The translations under genes and the position numbers were made by a program. The notes under the pieces are model-generated. The model was not told the origin of the DNA. It saw nothing but the letters and a program-made list of their open reading frames with translations, and did not search any database. A stretch of 37,101 nt of DNA. It comes from Perkinsus olseni (lineage: Eukaryota). Where the stretch lies: positions 62,001-99,101 of the forward strand of contig JABANN010000048.1 of the NCBI GenBank assembly GCA_013115125.1, read 5' to 3'. Positions 1 through 11,633 of the stretch are shown piece by piece; the first letter of the stretch is position 1; each line of letters starts with the position of its first letter.

Positions 1-371
1 CACTCCCGTTCGGGTATCGCATATTGGGCACACCCGACCTGACCTGAGAAAATGAGGGCGCGGAGATAGCCTTGCGATGGCCACCAAGGAAAATCCGACT
101 TGAACCATTTCACGGCATGCTTCTTGCAGAATATATGTGGGCATTTCAAGCACTTGTACGCCACACGTGTTCGGTCGGGTGCAGTGTCCAGTTGGTCCAA
201 ATTAAACGGCTCATATCCACCATTCAAGACGGAATTGCATGTCGTATCGTTGCCTGCTGGAGTACATCCGGAGAGATGCGCTAATGAGTTACCCTTACAC
301 CGCAAAGAGAAATCTTCACAGACAGCCATGTGCGAAATTATCCGATACCAACACAGCGTTGCCGATACCAT
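1..371 (-). CDS. 5' part of a RING-finger-like protein (possibly a Deltex-type E3 ligase); runs off the left edge
   Basis: Not in the ORF track. Splicing two GT-AG introns gives MAVCEDFSLR...TTCNSVLNGGYEPF...AYKCLKCPHIFCKKHAVKWFK|SGRVCPICDTRTGV, matching the C-terminal half of a RING (CxH.FCxx[C/H]xxxW...CPxC). In-frame ATGs at 371 and 329. Confidence 0.6.
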   Translation of the reverse strand, partial: MVSATLCWYRIISHMAVCEDFSLRCKGNSLAHLSGCTPAGNDTTCNSVLNGGYEPFNLDQLDTAPDRTRVAYKCLKCPHIFCKKHAVKWFKSDFPWWPSQGYLRALIFSGQVGCAQYAIPERE

Positions 372-507
372 TGTTGAAGACTGTCTGACTAGCGCGACAC
401 GGACATGTGTAGCAGTAAACGCCTTCTAATGTAACAGTAACTATCAAATATCATCACAAATAGTTCGCAGTTGTTATCCTATATCGCAGCTCAGCTATGC
501 CTCTCAT

Positions 508-1882
508 TCAAAGGTCAATATCTTCGACGACCGTCACCGCATTGGCACTGAGATAGTGGGCGCTTGGTATCTTAGGGCCGATATTAACAGAGAGCACCTC
601 GCCATCGCTTTTGACTCGTCCGTGAGTTCCATTTGCAGATCGCCGAGGGCGGGACCCGAGGGGAGAGTCATCCACAATCTCGACGCAATCGCTATCACTG
701 CTTTCGGTATCGCTCCCGTCAAGATCAACGACGGGAACTTCACTGACGGAATCCTCGCTGCCGTCACACGATTGTACCTCTCCAGTGAACAGAACATCAG
801 GCTCAGAGAACTCGATTTCCACGCCAGGGTCGGCGCAGGCAGCACCGAAAGAATCCCAATTGAAGGAGCGGTTGTGCGACTTAAGCGCGTTGTAGAACTG
901 GTCGAAATCATCCTCGTTGCCCGACGCTGCCGCGCAAAGTAGGGAATAGCCAAACTGCCGATGCTCGGATATGGATTCATCAACTCGGGCACCCAGAGAA
1001 TGGACCGCGAGCGATATTGCCGAACGACACTTCATATCACACACCAAGCAATACAAGTTGTCCACATTCCCACTGGTGGTCTCTGAAAGTCTGCCGATGA
1101 GCTGAGGATGAGTTGCATCAGTTGGATTGGTCGGGTTCACCACGATCTCGGTAAGATGCAGGATGCAGGCATCCCTAGTAGGGAAGGACGCGCTGCATTC
1201 GCACACGATAGTGTCGGCAGATAGGTTCCTTAGCACCACGTGGTCCTCTCCCTCATAGTGTGTAATTTGGAAGTGCTTGGGATAAAGCGATAGTATCCTT
1301 CTGAGTTCTTCAGGATTCGTGTGCACCTTGTGAGCAGCCAGCCACAGAGGCATCTGGTCTTGTCCTGTCGTTCGGATCAGCCGCACCAAACCTTGCAGTA
1401 GCTTTTCACGCGCTGCAATATCGCCGAGTGGCCCGTGGGCAGCTCTCTTCTTCTGGCGCCGGGACCGCCGATGGAGCTTTTCTTTGAAGCGCTGCTCGCG
1501 TTCATCGTCTCTTAGCCCTGAACGGTTGAGCAAACAATATCTGACAACTCTATGAATTGGCGGGAGCCTCACCCTCCTTATCCTTCCTACGATATACTGC
1601 TATGGGTGCGGCCACTCCTTTATTGGTCTTACCCAGCGAGCCTTCGCCAGAATACCCGTTCTTACGTAATAGCCGGAAGCCAATACCGTACCTGGCGCCG
1701 ATCGTGTATCAGAAAGACTCTTAACCGAAGCCTTACGTCTTATCCATCTGGTCAGTGCTCATCGTGTCCATATAATCTTCTTGCTTCTTACTCCCGTTCG
1801 CAGCCTCCAAAGCCGAGCCTTTCGGGGCTGAACTCGATGAAGACGCCGCATCCGGGTGGAGAACTCCCGCCCGACGAAACAT
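508..1882 (-). CDS. G-patch domain protein with two C2H2/U1-like zinc fingers and an acidic C-terminal tail (3 exons)
   Basis: ATG 1882 (MFRRAGVLHP...). Exon 2 reads YGIGFRLLRKNGYSGEGSLGKTNKGVAAPIAVYRRKDKE|GL, which fits the G-patch consensus. It splices into the 508-1572 ORF containing CECSASFPTRDACILH and CLVCDMKCRSAISLAVH. Confidence 0.8.
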
Positions 1883-2034
1883 GACTCCATTAATTAAACG
1901 TAGCTACAGTAGTATACATCACCTATCAGTAGAACACATCGAAGAGGCCAACTTGAAGAACACTCAACTCAGAAACGAAAGCGAGCCATACGAGACAGTC
2001 AACGCTCATGCATGATAACCAAACTAAGACGTCA

Positions 2035-3090
2035 TCACCGACCAGCTAGGAGCATACTAACTTCGATAGACTTAACAGCAGCATCAAATATGGGGTTAGA
2101 GGAGTTGCGCCCTCGTACATCTACCACAACATCATCACCACCGACGAGGGTGAGAATAAGATCTCCCACCAATCGCAGCATGCCGACGCCAGCAGCGAAC
2201 ATAATCTCGGCGGCAATGTTAGTGTTTTGCCCACCAGTGACAGAGATATCACCGGCTGTCTTGAACATACCAATCTGCCTCTCACCGTACATAATGTCAC
2301 CGAATATTTGCCCAACGTCCCGCACGGTAACAACGGAGGGATTATCCACCTGTAGGGTTGCTAGGAATCTGGCCTGGCCTCTGACGACGTCCCCCAGGGA
2401 AGTGATCAGATTCAAGTCGACCATCGACGGACGGGCACCCTCGAAATTATTGAGCCCCACAAATGCCATACTCTTGTCTATACGGAGACCAGAGAATTTG
2501 ATGCCGAAGCTTTTCACAGTGATATTTGCTTTCATTCTCAGCTGTACGCTCTCTTTGGCGATCACTTCAGCTGAGAACCGATCAAATTCACTTCGATTGG
2601 AGACCGTCACAACAACAGTCTCGTTTACTGTTGTGTCAGAGCTCGCCCTGACCTTTACGGATGGCATAGACGTATGCGCTATAACTGCCTCATCAGTTGA
2701 GACTGATGCGATGAAGGGCTCAACGGTAGCACCAAAAATCATAGGGTTGTGGAAAGTGGATACGAATATTGTGTCCAGGCAGAAATCGGCATCAGCATCA
2801 CAGTCTTTGACATTCTCACCCAAAATCTCCATTTCATCCACGGAAAACTCCGAATCGTTAAGAGCCGCCTCAGCCAGTGCAGGTGCAAGGATGAAGATGA
2901 GGAGAATCAATATAAGGCAGATAACCACAAGCAGCGAACAGCAGATACAACACGCACATTGACGCTTGCTCAGCCGTCCTCCACAACAAGCCTTTGAAGA
3001 CATTAACAAAGGTTGCTCGCTGCTCCATCGACGTGGGTGTTGAGCCCGTGGTGGATATTCTCTGCCATAGACCACATTGGCCGAGTCCAT
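2035..3090 (-). CDS. Intronless type II membrane protein with LEA_2/DUF3712(Tag1)-like beta-rich repeats (paralog 1)
   Basis: Long single ORF with a Cys-rich stretch (ACCGG...CACCICC), a hydrophobic helix, and two beta-rich units each containing an 'NP' motif (FHNPMIFG, VDNPSVV). Probable ATG 3090 follows a pyrimidine-CAG. Confidence 0.65.
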   Translation of the reverse strand: MDSANVVYGREYPPRAQHPRRWSSEQPLLMSSKACCGGRLSKRQCACCICCSLLVVICLILILLIFILAPALAEAALNDSEFSVDEMEILGENVKDCDADADFCLDTIFVSTFHNPMIFGATVEPFIASVSTDEAVIAHTSMPSVKVRASSDTTVNETVVVTVSNRSEFDRFSAEVIAKESVQLRMKANITVKSFGIKFSGLRIDKSMAFVGLNNFEGARPSMVDLNLITSLGDVVRGQARFLATLQVDNPSVVTVRDVGQIFGDIMYGERQIGMFKTAGDISVTGGQNTNIAAEIMFAAGVGMLRLVGDLILTLVGGDDVVVDVRGRNSSNPIFDAAVKSIEVSMLLAGR

Positions 3091-3257
3091 AATGATACAA
3101 ATGCCTGCGAAGAGGTTTCTTCGGTAACAGAGTAAGTGCAAGCAGCTCGGCGGTCCCGACTTAGCAACCAAACACACATAAGACGTTGGCATGCGCGATC
3201 ATGGCATCACAATGCAAACTAAAACGAGTACGAATTAGATCATAGAATACAGTTCCA

Positions 3258-4436
3258 TCAACGAGCGGCCATCAACATGGATACATCAACCGACTCGACG
3301 ATGTTGGTCCAGACCGCATTAGACGTTTCATACCCTTTGATCGTCACGGTAACATCTTTGCCATCCACCAAATTCTTGGCTAGGGCCAGGGCCAACTGAG
3401 CAGTTGCCCCAGTAGTAGCGAACGAAGCCACCGCTGTAACGTCAGTGAAACTGCGGGATCGTACGCCCATAGAGCTCTCAGTTAGCATACCTCCCACTTG
3501 CTCACCGTTGAAGTAAAGAAAGGCAGCGAAACTACCAAGATCTAATATAGTGAAGTTGGTTGGATTGAGGAACTGCAGCGTGCCAAGATAGACGGCATGG
3601 TCAATAGTACTCTGTCCCGGCCTGAAGTTCGCGTTGAGCAAACGCGGCTGGTAGTCCCGGAAGCCATTGAAGCCGCCAATTGAGATCTCCCTATCGAACT
3701 CTAGGTCCTTAAGCGATATCCACCAACTCTTCCCTTCGAGACCAGCCCCTTTTGCTGTAATGGCCACGGACGGTTCAGTTACAACAACTGATCCTAGCCT
3801 GTCGAATGCTGCCAAGTCTGTAACAACTATTAACACTGTTTCGTTCACGCTGTTCTCTCCGCTATCTAGGGACATGTCAGGCATCCCGATGGATGCGAAC
3901 TTGGAGCCTTCGTGGTACACGCTGACTGTGAACTCATCCAACTTCACCCCGAGGAATGACGGATTTTGGACGTTAAACGCCACGATGGCATCGAGACATA
4001 TGTTGGCCGCTGATCCAGCACAAGCGGTCTCATTGACCCCCAGGAAAATGACAGACTCCACATTAACCGCACCTTCATCCAACATGCCCTGGGCTAGCAT
4101 TGGGCCGAATATAAAAGTGAAGAGCAGTGCCACGGTTGCTACCAAAGCAGTGCAACCAAAGAACACGCAGCTCCCACAGCCGTTTTTATCGAGTTTGCCG
4201 CAGCAATACCGTTTTCCGCCAGAATTAGCTCTAGCTCGGAGCATCTGCTCCCTGCGTGCAAGCCGCGACATATACAGTTCCTCGTCTTCAAGGGACCATT
4301 TCCCACGAGTACCGTCACCGGACCTTCCAGGTCTCTCTATAGTCGTGGTAGGAACCTTGTCGTCCATGTCATAACCGTATAGCGGCATATCTCGGTCATA
4401 TACTTCATGATCGAAGTGAGCTTTTCCAAAATACAT
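3258..4436 (-). CDS. Intronless type II membrane protein with LEA_2/DUF3712-like repeats (paralog 2)
   Basis: Same layout as its neighbour: YCCGK...CGSC, TM helix, C..A..CLD, VQNPSFLG, FLNPTNF, and C-terminus SMLMAAR versus SMLLAGR. Confidence 0.65.
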   Translation of the reverse strand: MYFGKAHFDHEVYDRDMPLYGYDMDDKVPTTTIERPGRSGDGTRGKWSLEDEELYMSRLARREQMLRARANSGGKRYCCGKLDKNGCGSCVFFGCTALVATVALLFTFIFGPMLAQGMLDEGAVNVESVIFLGVNETACAGSAANICLDAIVAFNVQNPSFLGVKLDEFTVSVYHEGSKFASIGMPDMSLDSGENSVNETVLIVVTDLAAFDRLGSVVVTEPSVAITAKGAGLEGKSWWISLKDLEFDREISIGGFNGFRDYQPRLLNANFRPGQSTIDHAVYLGTLQFLNPTNFTILDLGSFAAFLYFNGEQVGGMLTESSMGVRSRSFTDVTAVASFATTGATAQLALALAKNLVDGKDVTVTIKGYETSNAVWTNIVESVDVSMLMAAR

Positions 4437-4588
4437 TGTCAAATGATAAGCTATGAGAGCAACTACACAGCCGAAAGGAATATGTCTCCGACGACGATTG
4501 CCAGTGCACGTGAACGAAACTCGTTATAGCTCAGACGATGAAAATTCCACTATTATATATCGTTGCAAGCACGAGCTTCGGTAGTCGC

Positions 4589-7500
4589 TCACGACCTCAC
4601 CCATGCGCTCAGACGAGCCAGTTCTTGAGGGGGATTGGCGAAGAAACGGCCTACAGAAATTAACACTGCCGTCAATCTCCTCACTTCCACGACTACCATC
4701 TATGCCACGCAAAGCCTGCTTTATACTCCCAGGGACATCAGTTACAGACGGGGCGCAGTCAGCATGACCGGGCATCTCGGTCGAATGTAGCCTAGCAAAG
4801 GCAACCTCGTATCTGAAACAGCCACGTATTCGATGCCTTACTAAGGCAGCCTTAGTGAGTGCGATTGATATTACTCTCGGTCTTCGGCTTCCTCTTGCTC
4901 ATCATCGTCCTCATCATTGAGCCTAGGGTTGAGTAAAGAGTTCCCAGGCTGTTGCTCTTGTTCGTTGAAGCCGAAGAGCTCGGAAATGCCCATGAGAGCC
5001 TGCATCAAATCGTAACTCCGTAAGAACTAACCTGACAGCGACTTACAGCGTGCATCATCTCTCCGTTGCTCTGGACAGTCGAGTCGCTAACGAATTTCGC
5101 CGCAGAGAGAAGGCACACCTGATGGCGATAATTCGTGATGGGACCAATTTCATCGGGTACGTACCTTCTTGTTTTCTTTGCCACCCATATTTCCTTTGAG
5201 TGCCGGCATCCACAACGACTTCACAACCATAACGGACAACCCGGCCTGGATCTGCTCCAGAGTTGTTAGCAAGACCTTAGTGCCATCCGGAACACAGTAC
5301 CTACGAGCCACGTCATCCCCAGGACTCTTAGTAGGAGTCTACTGGTACTAATAGACGAGCAGCCGCACGCTTACTCGAAAACACTCAGAGTTATCGCGAA
5401 TTTCCGGGTCAAAGCTGCCGTGCTCTTCTTCTGCAACTTCGTCAAAAACACTGTAAGTATGCCCGGCAAAGAGCTGAGAAAATGTAACGTCCACAATCAA
5501 AAAGCAAGGCCCGCACACTATGGTCCTACTCTTCATAAGCGTCGAACGGCAGGTATCTGAACATCGCTGCGATGAGGTCGAATGCTTGCATCTCGATCTT
5601 CCGATGATTGAGGACCTGTAGCACAGTTCGGCATCTCCGTGGACCATCGCATCACGTCCCTACGTATTGAAAGCGAAGTAGGATAGTCTGCATGTTCCGT
5701 TTGATTTGCTCACTGAACTGCGCGTTATTCTTGAAGTATCTGGGTGTAGCAAGCCTAGCCATGGGAGTGCTGGTCCATCGATACTACGAGCTGAACAGCC
5801 TTATCAAGCCTGGTACGTTGGCAACAGTCCTCCATAAGCTATCAGTGAGCAACCTGAGAAGGAGTGCGAACGCCGTCCACGGTCTCGCTCGTCGGAACTG
5901 AGCAAAGCATGAGTTGTCAGGCGCACCCTCACCGATCGAATAGAGCGCCATATATCTGTGGCCCGGCAGCGGAGGCAGAGCTGTCGCCGGAGTCAAGGAG
6001 CAGACCAAGGATTTGGAAGCAGTATCTGACCCATCATATTATTCAGCTTACAACTCCCCTGCAAACCATATTACGGGATGAAGTCAGCAACATTCTGCTC
6101 CAAAATGAAGCTGAGGACAGGCAGTAACGCTGACTCAACCTCTCCGTGCTGAGCTGGAGCGAACTGCAGTACAGTTCGTACCTGCAAGCACATGATGACA
6201 GGATCCATCATGTGGCATTCCAAGTTCATTACGATAGAAGCAATCGCTTCGAATAAGTAATGGTTGAAAACGGCATCACTGGGATTCGCGGCTACCGCGC
6301 GGAGTATCTAAACAGCGAGCTACTTCAGAGAGGGTCCCGGAAGGCGGACATGATATTTATTGAACGAAATGACCAGACCCTGCCCTTCGCAAAAACCGAA
6401 ACATTACCGTTGCAAGCTGCCTCAGTGTTGGTAGTGCAATACTGAGAGCTCCCTCTTTGAAGGTCGAGAATACACCTGTTCGAGCCACAGTTGCCGAGCG
6501 AAGCGCTGATAGCTAGGGTACTTACGCATGACAAGTTTCATCTCATATGCAGATTGAGTTTCTCCTGTAGCTAAAATCTGTAGGCAGGGTTCGACCGTCG
6601 GTAGTATCTGAGGCAGGTTTATCTCCTACATGTCGCTGCCCCAACACAACTAAGCGCTTCTCTCCCTAATGCCCCGACTATTACGTTCTGCCTGAGCAGG
6701 TCCAGGGGTATTTTGTGTTGCTTATTGGGTCCTTTGAGAAGTAGAAGAACGGTCAAGCAGTGAGCAGCGTAAGTATGGAGTACCTAGCGGAACCAGGACT
6801 CAGTCGCAGGCTAGGCAGAGAGCGAGCCACTGCTTCATCAGTCATCAGATACTAACATGTGAAGAAGAGAGACATGAGTATTACTGTAACGGGGGTTCGA
6901 ATGTGATTCGCGATGAGTGGGAGTGCGCGACTGAGCTGCTCGACGGGGAGGTGCTGCCGGAAAACAGCTATATACCTAGAGAGGATCGATATTCACGATA
7001 GTCATTCGTAGCGGGCAGAAGCAAAGGGTGACGATGCCCCACCCTTACTACTTAAGGATGCTAGCTCGAAGGACAGCCCGACTAGCCTCGTTCTCCGCGG
7101 GTATAGCTTGCGACAGCTCAGGCATTAATTGTTGTTCGAAGAACGCTGGCACATCGACAGCCGAGTTCACTATCGATGCCCCCTTGCTCCTTGTCTGACA
7201 GAAAATGCGACGATTTTATTCAGAAGAGCTGATCTCTTTTTACCTGGGCTTTCGCCGCGGTAGCGATGATCAAATATACACACGCGTCTCTGGCTCTCCA
7301 AGCGTCCTCGGTAGTTGACGTTCCAACAGATTGCAACAGCATTTGGACGTAGCGAACCAGAATATCCGTCACCTGAGTCCGCACAAAGTGGAGTATCTTC
7401 AGCGCCGCACTACAGTATCGTGGAAGGGAGTATCGAGAAAAATCGATAGTAACAAGCAGAGAGTGAACAGGTGATGAGAAATCAATACAGATAAGGAACT

Positions 7501-9840
7501 GTTCTCCATCTGTTATTCAAAAATTCCCCTCCATCGCTGGCACGCTACTCTAGCCTACCCTGACTACCTGCTGCTCGTATAATTTACTCAAACCCTTCAC
7601 CAGTTCCATCGCTGCCCGTCGTCGCGTATCTTGATCGGCGCTCTCCATATCCCTTCTAATATATTCCTGCACAGACCCATAGAATACTGCTTCCGACCAT
7701 GATACTATTAGTACTGTAGGATTGTCGAAGAAATCTTCAACATCAGAGTCTCGAAGCTTTATATTCGGGAGAACCACGTGCTCACAAATAGCCTGAACAC
7801 ACACGGTGCTGCGCCAGGAATGGCCAAACCAGAACGAGGAAAGGGCAAAAGAGTAGACGTCTCACCTGAAGGGAGTTCGCCTCTTCGAATGGGCTCTTTG
7901 TCCACTTGGTACTAGCCGCGCTAGAGAGCAGTTTGATGCCTGCTGAGACCTAGAGCGAGAATCGAAATAACGAAAGTTCCGCAAATCGACCGCCGCTCAC
8001 CAGTTGGTCATTGCTTCCGTTTGGACTCGTTGAAACCAGTAGTGTCCACACAGATTTCACCACGCCACAGATGTACCTCCAAGTGAGAGGAATGCGCGAG
8101 AAAGTTAATGAAGCGATTGGGAACCGGACGATTCGGGGCGGAGGGGTCGAATCATTCGACCCGGGTGGACACGTCCCTATTACGGCTCCACTTGCTCCTG
8201 GTACTTATCAGCGTACAGAGCAACATTCCTACACACCTGGGCCTTGAGGTTCTCGATGGTACCCGGTGTGTCATCATCCGGTGCTTTAAGAGCTGAAAAG
8301 AAGTGTCTCTGGTATCTCATGAGTCTTTCGCTGACGGCGAGAACCATCGTCGAGCTCCTTAAAAGAACACTTCATTCTGATGCTGCGTGTATCACTGTGA
8401 CACTATCACACCAAGTTCCGTCAAAGCTGATTACCCTACTGTGCCTACCGCCGAGGTGAAGATAACCCCGGAAATGAAGCAGGCGTTAAAACAGCGACTC
8501 AACCAATGATCCTCACAAGTTGCCCTCTACTACCAGCAGGCACGTCCTGCCACTCTAACAAACGAAGGAATCCTTCGAACCAGGTGGCGGAGTTGTCCTC
8601 GTAATATTCCTGAATACATTCGAGATTAGGGTAGAGAGAGGGACTTCAAAGGAATCCCACTTACCGGAATATCGACAACATTGAGGTCATAGAATATCTC
8701 GAGTTCGACGACCAGCAGTTTCGCTAACTTCGCTGCCTTCGCAGCTTGACCTACGAACATAGACTACGAAGAACACGATGAAGGCGGACGAATCGCTACT
8801 GGCTTCCTTCAACGCAGGAGAGAATATCTCTTGCATTATCTTCCTATAGAGTGCCAAATGAACCTGGAAAGAGAATCCGGGCCAGATAGATGGCATGGCG
8901 GATCGGATCGGGTCGGGACCCCGAGAGCAACCAAAACGGCAAAACGGCTTGAGACATTACTTCCTGGAACTCCTTCAGGATGTATTGCAATTCTCTCAGC
9001 ACCTCGTTGGACCTCACTAGGTACCGGTATCTGGAAGATGGTCACCGTCCGATGGTTCTCAAGCTCACGTTTCAAAAGATCTAGTGGCAAGACTGTGGGA
9101 TAGGGAACCATCCGTATATCGTATCCAACGTGGAAGGATCCTATCATAGTGCGCCCACCGCCCGCGTACTTCTCGAACACCGTAGCCGCCGTCTCAAGCG
9201 CTCCAAACTGAGCATCATTCAGATCACTACCGGATGTTAGCCGCTGTACGAGAGTGGGGAGGAGCGTAGGCCAGCCCGCGGGGAAATCTGACGAAGAGTG
9301 GCAGTGTGCCTGCACAGTCTAGAGCGTGAGTTCCCTTACCGAGATCGCTAATGATTTTGATGCTCTCGCGGAGCTGAGCCATAAGCGGTGTCGGAACCGA
9401 GAGCATCAGGTCGACAAGGTGCGATTTAATGAGGTTGCGGTTCTCCTCAGATATCCCACCATTCTGAGCAGGAAATGACTGCCAATGCGTCCCCAGAGGA
9501 CTGTAATACCTCGTCAGGTGACTCGGGCCAGTGCCGCTTAATGTAGTTTTTGAAGTATATACTACTTGCCAATCGAACTGGCAATTGTTCGTTACCACTC
9601 GCCACCAGCTGTAGCAGCGATGATGTGAGGACACCTCCCGCGGATTCGGCCTGTGAAGTTAGCAAACATCAGAATAGTTTCAACGCCAACGAGGCACACG
9701 AAGAATCCCGACGAGCGCGTTCGTTGATGGCTTGAGAATACTACTTGCGTTAGTTTCTCCTCGGCCTGTCGGCGAACGTTGAGATCAGATGACAGCGTAG
9801 CTGCCATCACCTGCGACAACTCCGCTTGATTAACTGCCAT
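4589..9840 (-). CDS. CSE1: Exportin-2 / CSE1 (CAS), importin-alpha export receptor; many exons
   Basis: IBN_N start (VRRQAEEKL...VRLASSIYFKNYIKRHW), DFPAGWPTLLP, FFDNP.EYIRRDMESADQDTRRRAAMELVKGL, LWRTVANVPGLIRL, and a C-terminal YEVAFARL segment. The 3' end is inferred from splicing. Confidence 0.93.
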
Positions 9841-10252
9841 GTGAAGGAATTTGAGGACGTATGGCAATAACAACCGCTATGTGCTAACCAATGAATGAGC
9901 AACCGCTACCCGTCACGTCCCGATTAGACCATTCCACTACACACTACACTTGATGGATGTTCACAGGGAAGGCAGTATCAACCAATTAAGCACCATTAGG
10001 CGGGAAACGCATACGTCGACAGCGTTGAATCGGCATCACATTCGTGTGTACAACGTATGGGGCCACCTTAAGATTACAGTACCATAGATATACGGTACTC
10101 CACTATCATGAATTGGCTTTGAAGATGCCAATCTCCAAACTTTGGATATCCTAATGATAATGATAATGATAATCTCGTACTTTGGAGACTCGAGGAGGTT
10201 CAGCATATCCTCCCCGCCATTGAGGAACAGTGAGGACTTCTGAGAGTCCAAG
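9841..10252. promoter_or_regulatory. Divergent (head-to-head) intergenic region between CSE1 and DGAT2
   Basis: Strand switch between ATG 9840 (-) and ATG 10253 (+). Contains GGCGGGAAA (9999-10007), two copies of CAACCGCTA (9871, 9900) and CCAAT words. Confidence 0.5.
10152..10173. repeat. (TAATGA)n microsatellite, about 3.7 copies
   Basis: taatgataatgataatgataat read directly. Confidence 0.85.
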
Positions 10253-11432
10253 ATGGCCACTCTCCCCGCCCGCCGGCCCGGAGCCATCAGTCAAGTCGGC
10301 GCCGCCATGCATATTCGCCAGCACGCCCTTTCTGCTATTCTTCTGTTTACACCAGCAGCTTTACGAGGTCATCGCTCGTTCCTGACGTGGTTCCTAGGGG
10401 TTCTGCTATCTTACTCTGTCTACTACTTTGACGGAGCTGAGTACAGGCCGCGAAGCCGGTAAGCTGCAACTTCATCGCAGTTGCAATGTTAGTGGACGCT
10501 TCCTTCTCCACAGGTATTGGGCGGAACTATTCATTCCTAGCTGTCGATGGTACGATGCTTTCATGAGACGACTTTTCAAGAGAGTCTCTTTTATCCTAGA
10601 AGATGAGAAGGCCGTGAACTCTTCGCCTAAAGTTGTCTACTGTGCTCACCCTCACGGGGTTGTACCTTTCATCCATCCTTTCCTCATAAGCAAGGTGAAG
10701 CATAAGGTATGCCCTCTCGGCGCTAGAGTACTTTTTAAACTACCAATTATGCGGGAGATATCTCTCTGGTACGGTGCAATAGATGCCAACAAGGAGACGG
10801 CTCTAGAGGCCTTGAGACAAGGCTACAGCATAAGCATCGTTATTGGTGGAACACGAGAACAAATGATTCCCTACTCGTCCACGCATGACACCATAGTGTG
10901 CAAGACTAGGATAGGTTACGCCAAGCTGGCATACGCTGCCGGTCGAGTACCAATCGTGCCATCTTATTGCTTTGGCCAATCTATTGCACATGGTCAGACT
11001 AGGGTTTGTAACAAGAGGGGGGCATGGCCTCGATCTCAGATACTGGAACCTTCATGCTCACCTTCCGACAACGCGTGCAACGAGCCTTGGGTGTAGCACT
11101 CCCGTTCCCCAAATCGTTATTGCCTAAACACCTGGAGGACTTTGCCATTGTTGTCGGAAAACCTTTGCTGTGGGAGGATGCGGACACGCCCGAGACAATG
11201 CACAGAAAGTGAGAATATTGTATTGAACTCATCGCCCAGGCATCAGCGCGATATTTCAGACAGAGCGTTAGCAATCTGCATCACTTCATTCTGCGTTCCC
11301 TTACTTTGCTTTCCTTACTTACTTTTACTTGCTTTCCGTTACCTTAGGTACGTGAACGCCGTGGAGGACCTTTTTTACCACTATAGGAGCCAATTTCCAG
11401 AGTACAAACATCGAGAGCTATGCAAGATCTGA
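10253..11432 (+). CDS. DGAT2: Diacylglycerol/monoacylglycerol O-acyltransferase, DGAT2/MOGAT (DAGAT) family
   Basis: N-terminal hydrophobic segment, then HPHG, IVIGGTREQ, RIGYAKLA, VPIVPSYCFG, VVGKP and YVNAVEDLF motifs across GT-AG introns. Confidence 0.88.
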
Positions 11433-11633
11433 TGCTACTTTTGATTCTAGTTTCTGAATATGATCGAACTTTTCTTAGAACGGCTTGAGTGAACTCTCAC
11501 CATGCTGCGAGGTGGTCAATACTTCCGTGCTGCTCATTCGAGCGTCGGCACTCCGTAGCGGATGTAGTTTTGTCTGAATTTATTTTGCGCGAATGCGCGA
11601 CATTGTCGCCGACGTTCCGGCAAACTCAACTTC

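Noticed and set aside
2012..2962. 316-aa plus-strand ORF (also 3667-4374 +)
   Set aside because: Antisense shadows of the two membrane-protein genes; S/T-rich composition typical of reverse frames.
6885..6905. GGTTCGAAT T-loop-like word
   Set aside because: No cloverleaf or acceptor stem; lies inside CSE1 on the opposite strand.
10243..10260. Minus-strand GCCATCTTGG resembling part of the perkinsid/dinoflagellate spliced leader
   Set aside because: Only about 10 nt match, antisense to and overlapping the DGAT2 ATG, with no SL RNA context; likely chance.
10036..10287. 83-aa ORF with a poly-Ile run
   Set aside because: The Ile run is just the (TAATGA)n microsatellite read in reverse.
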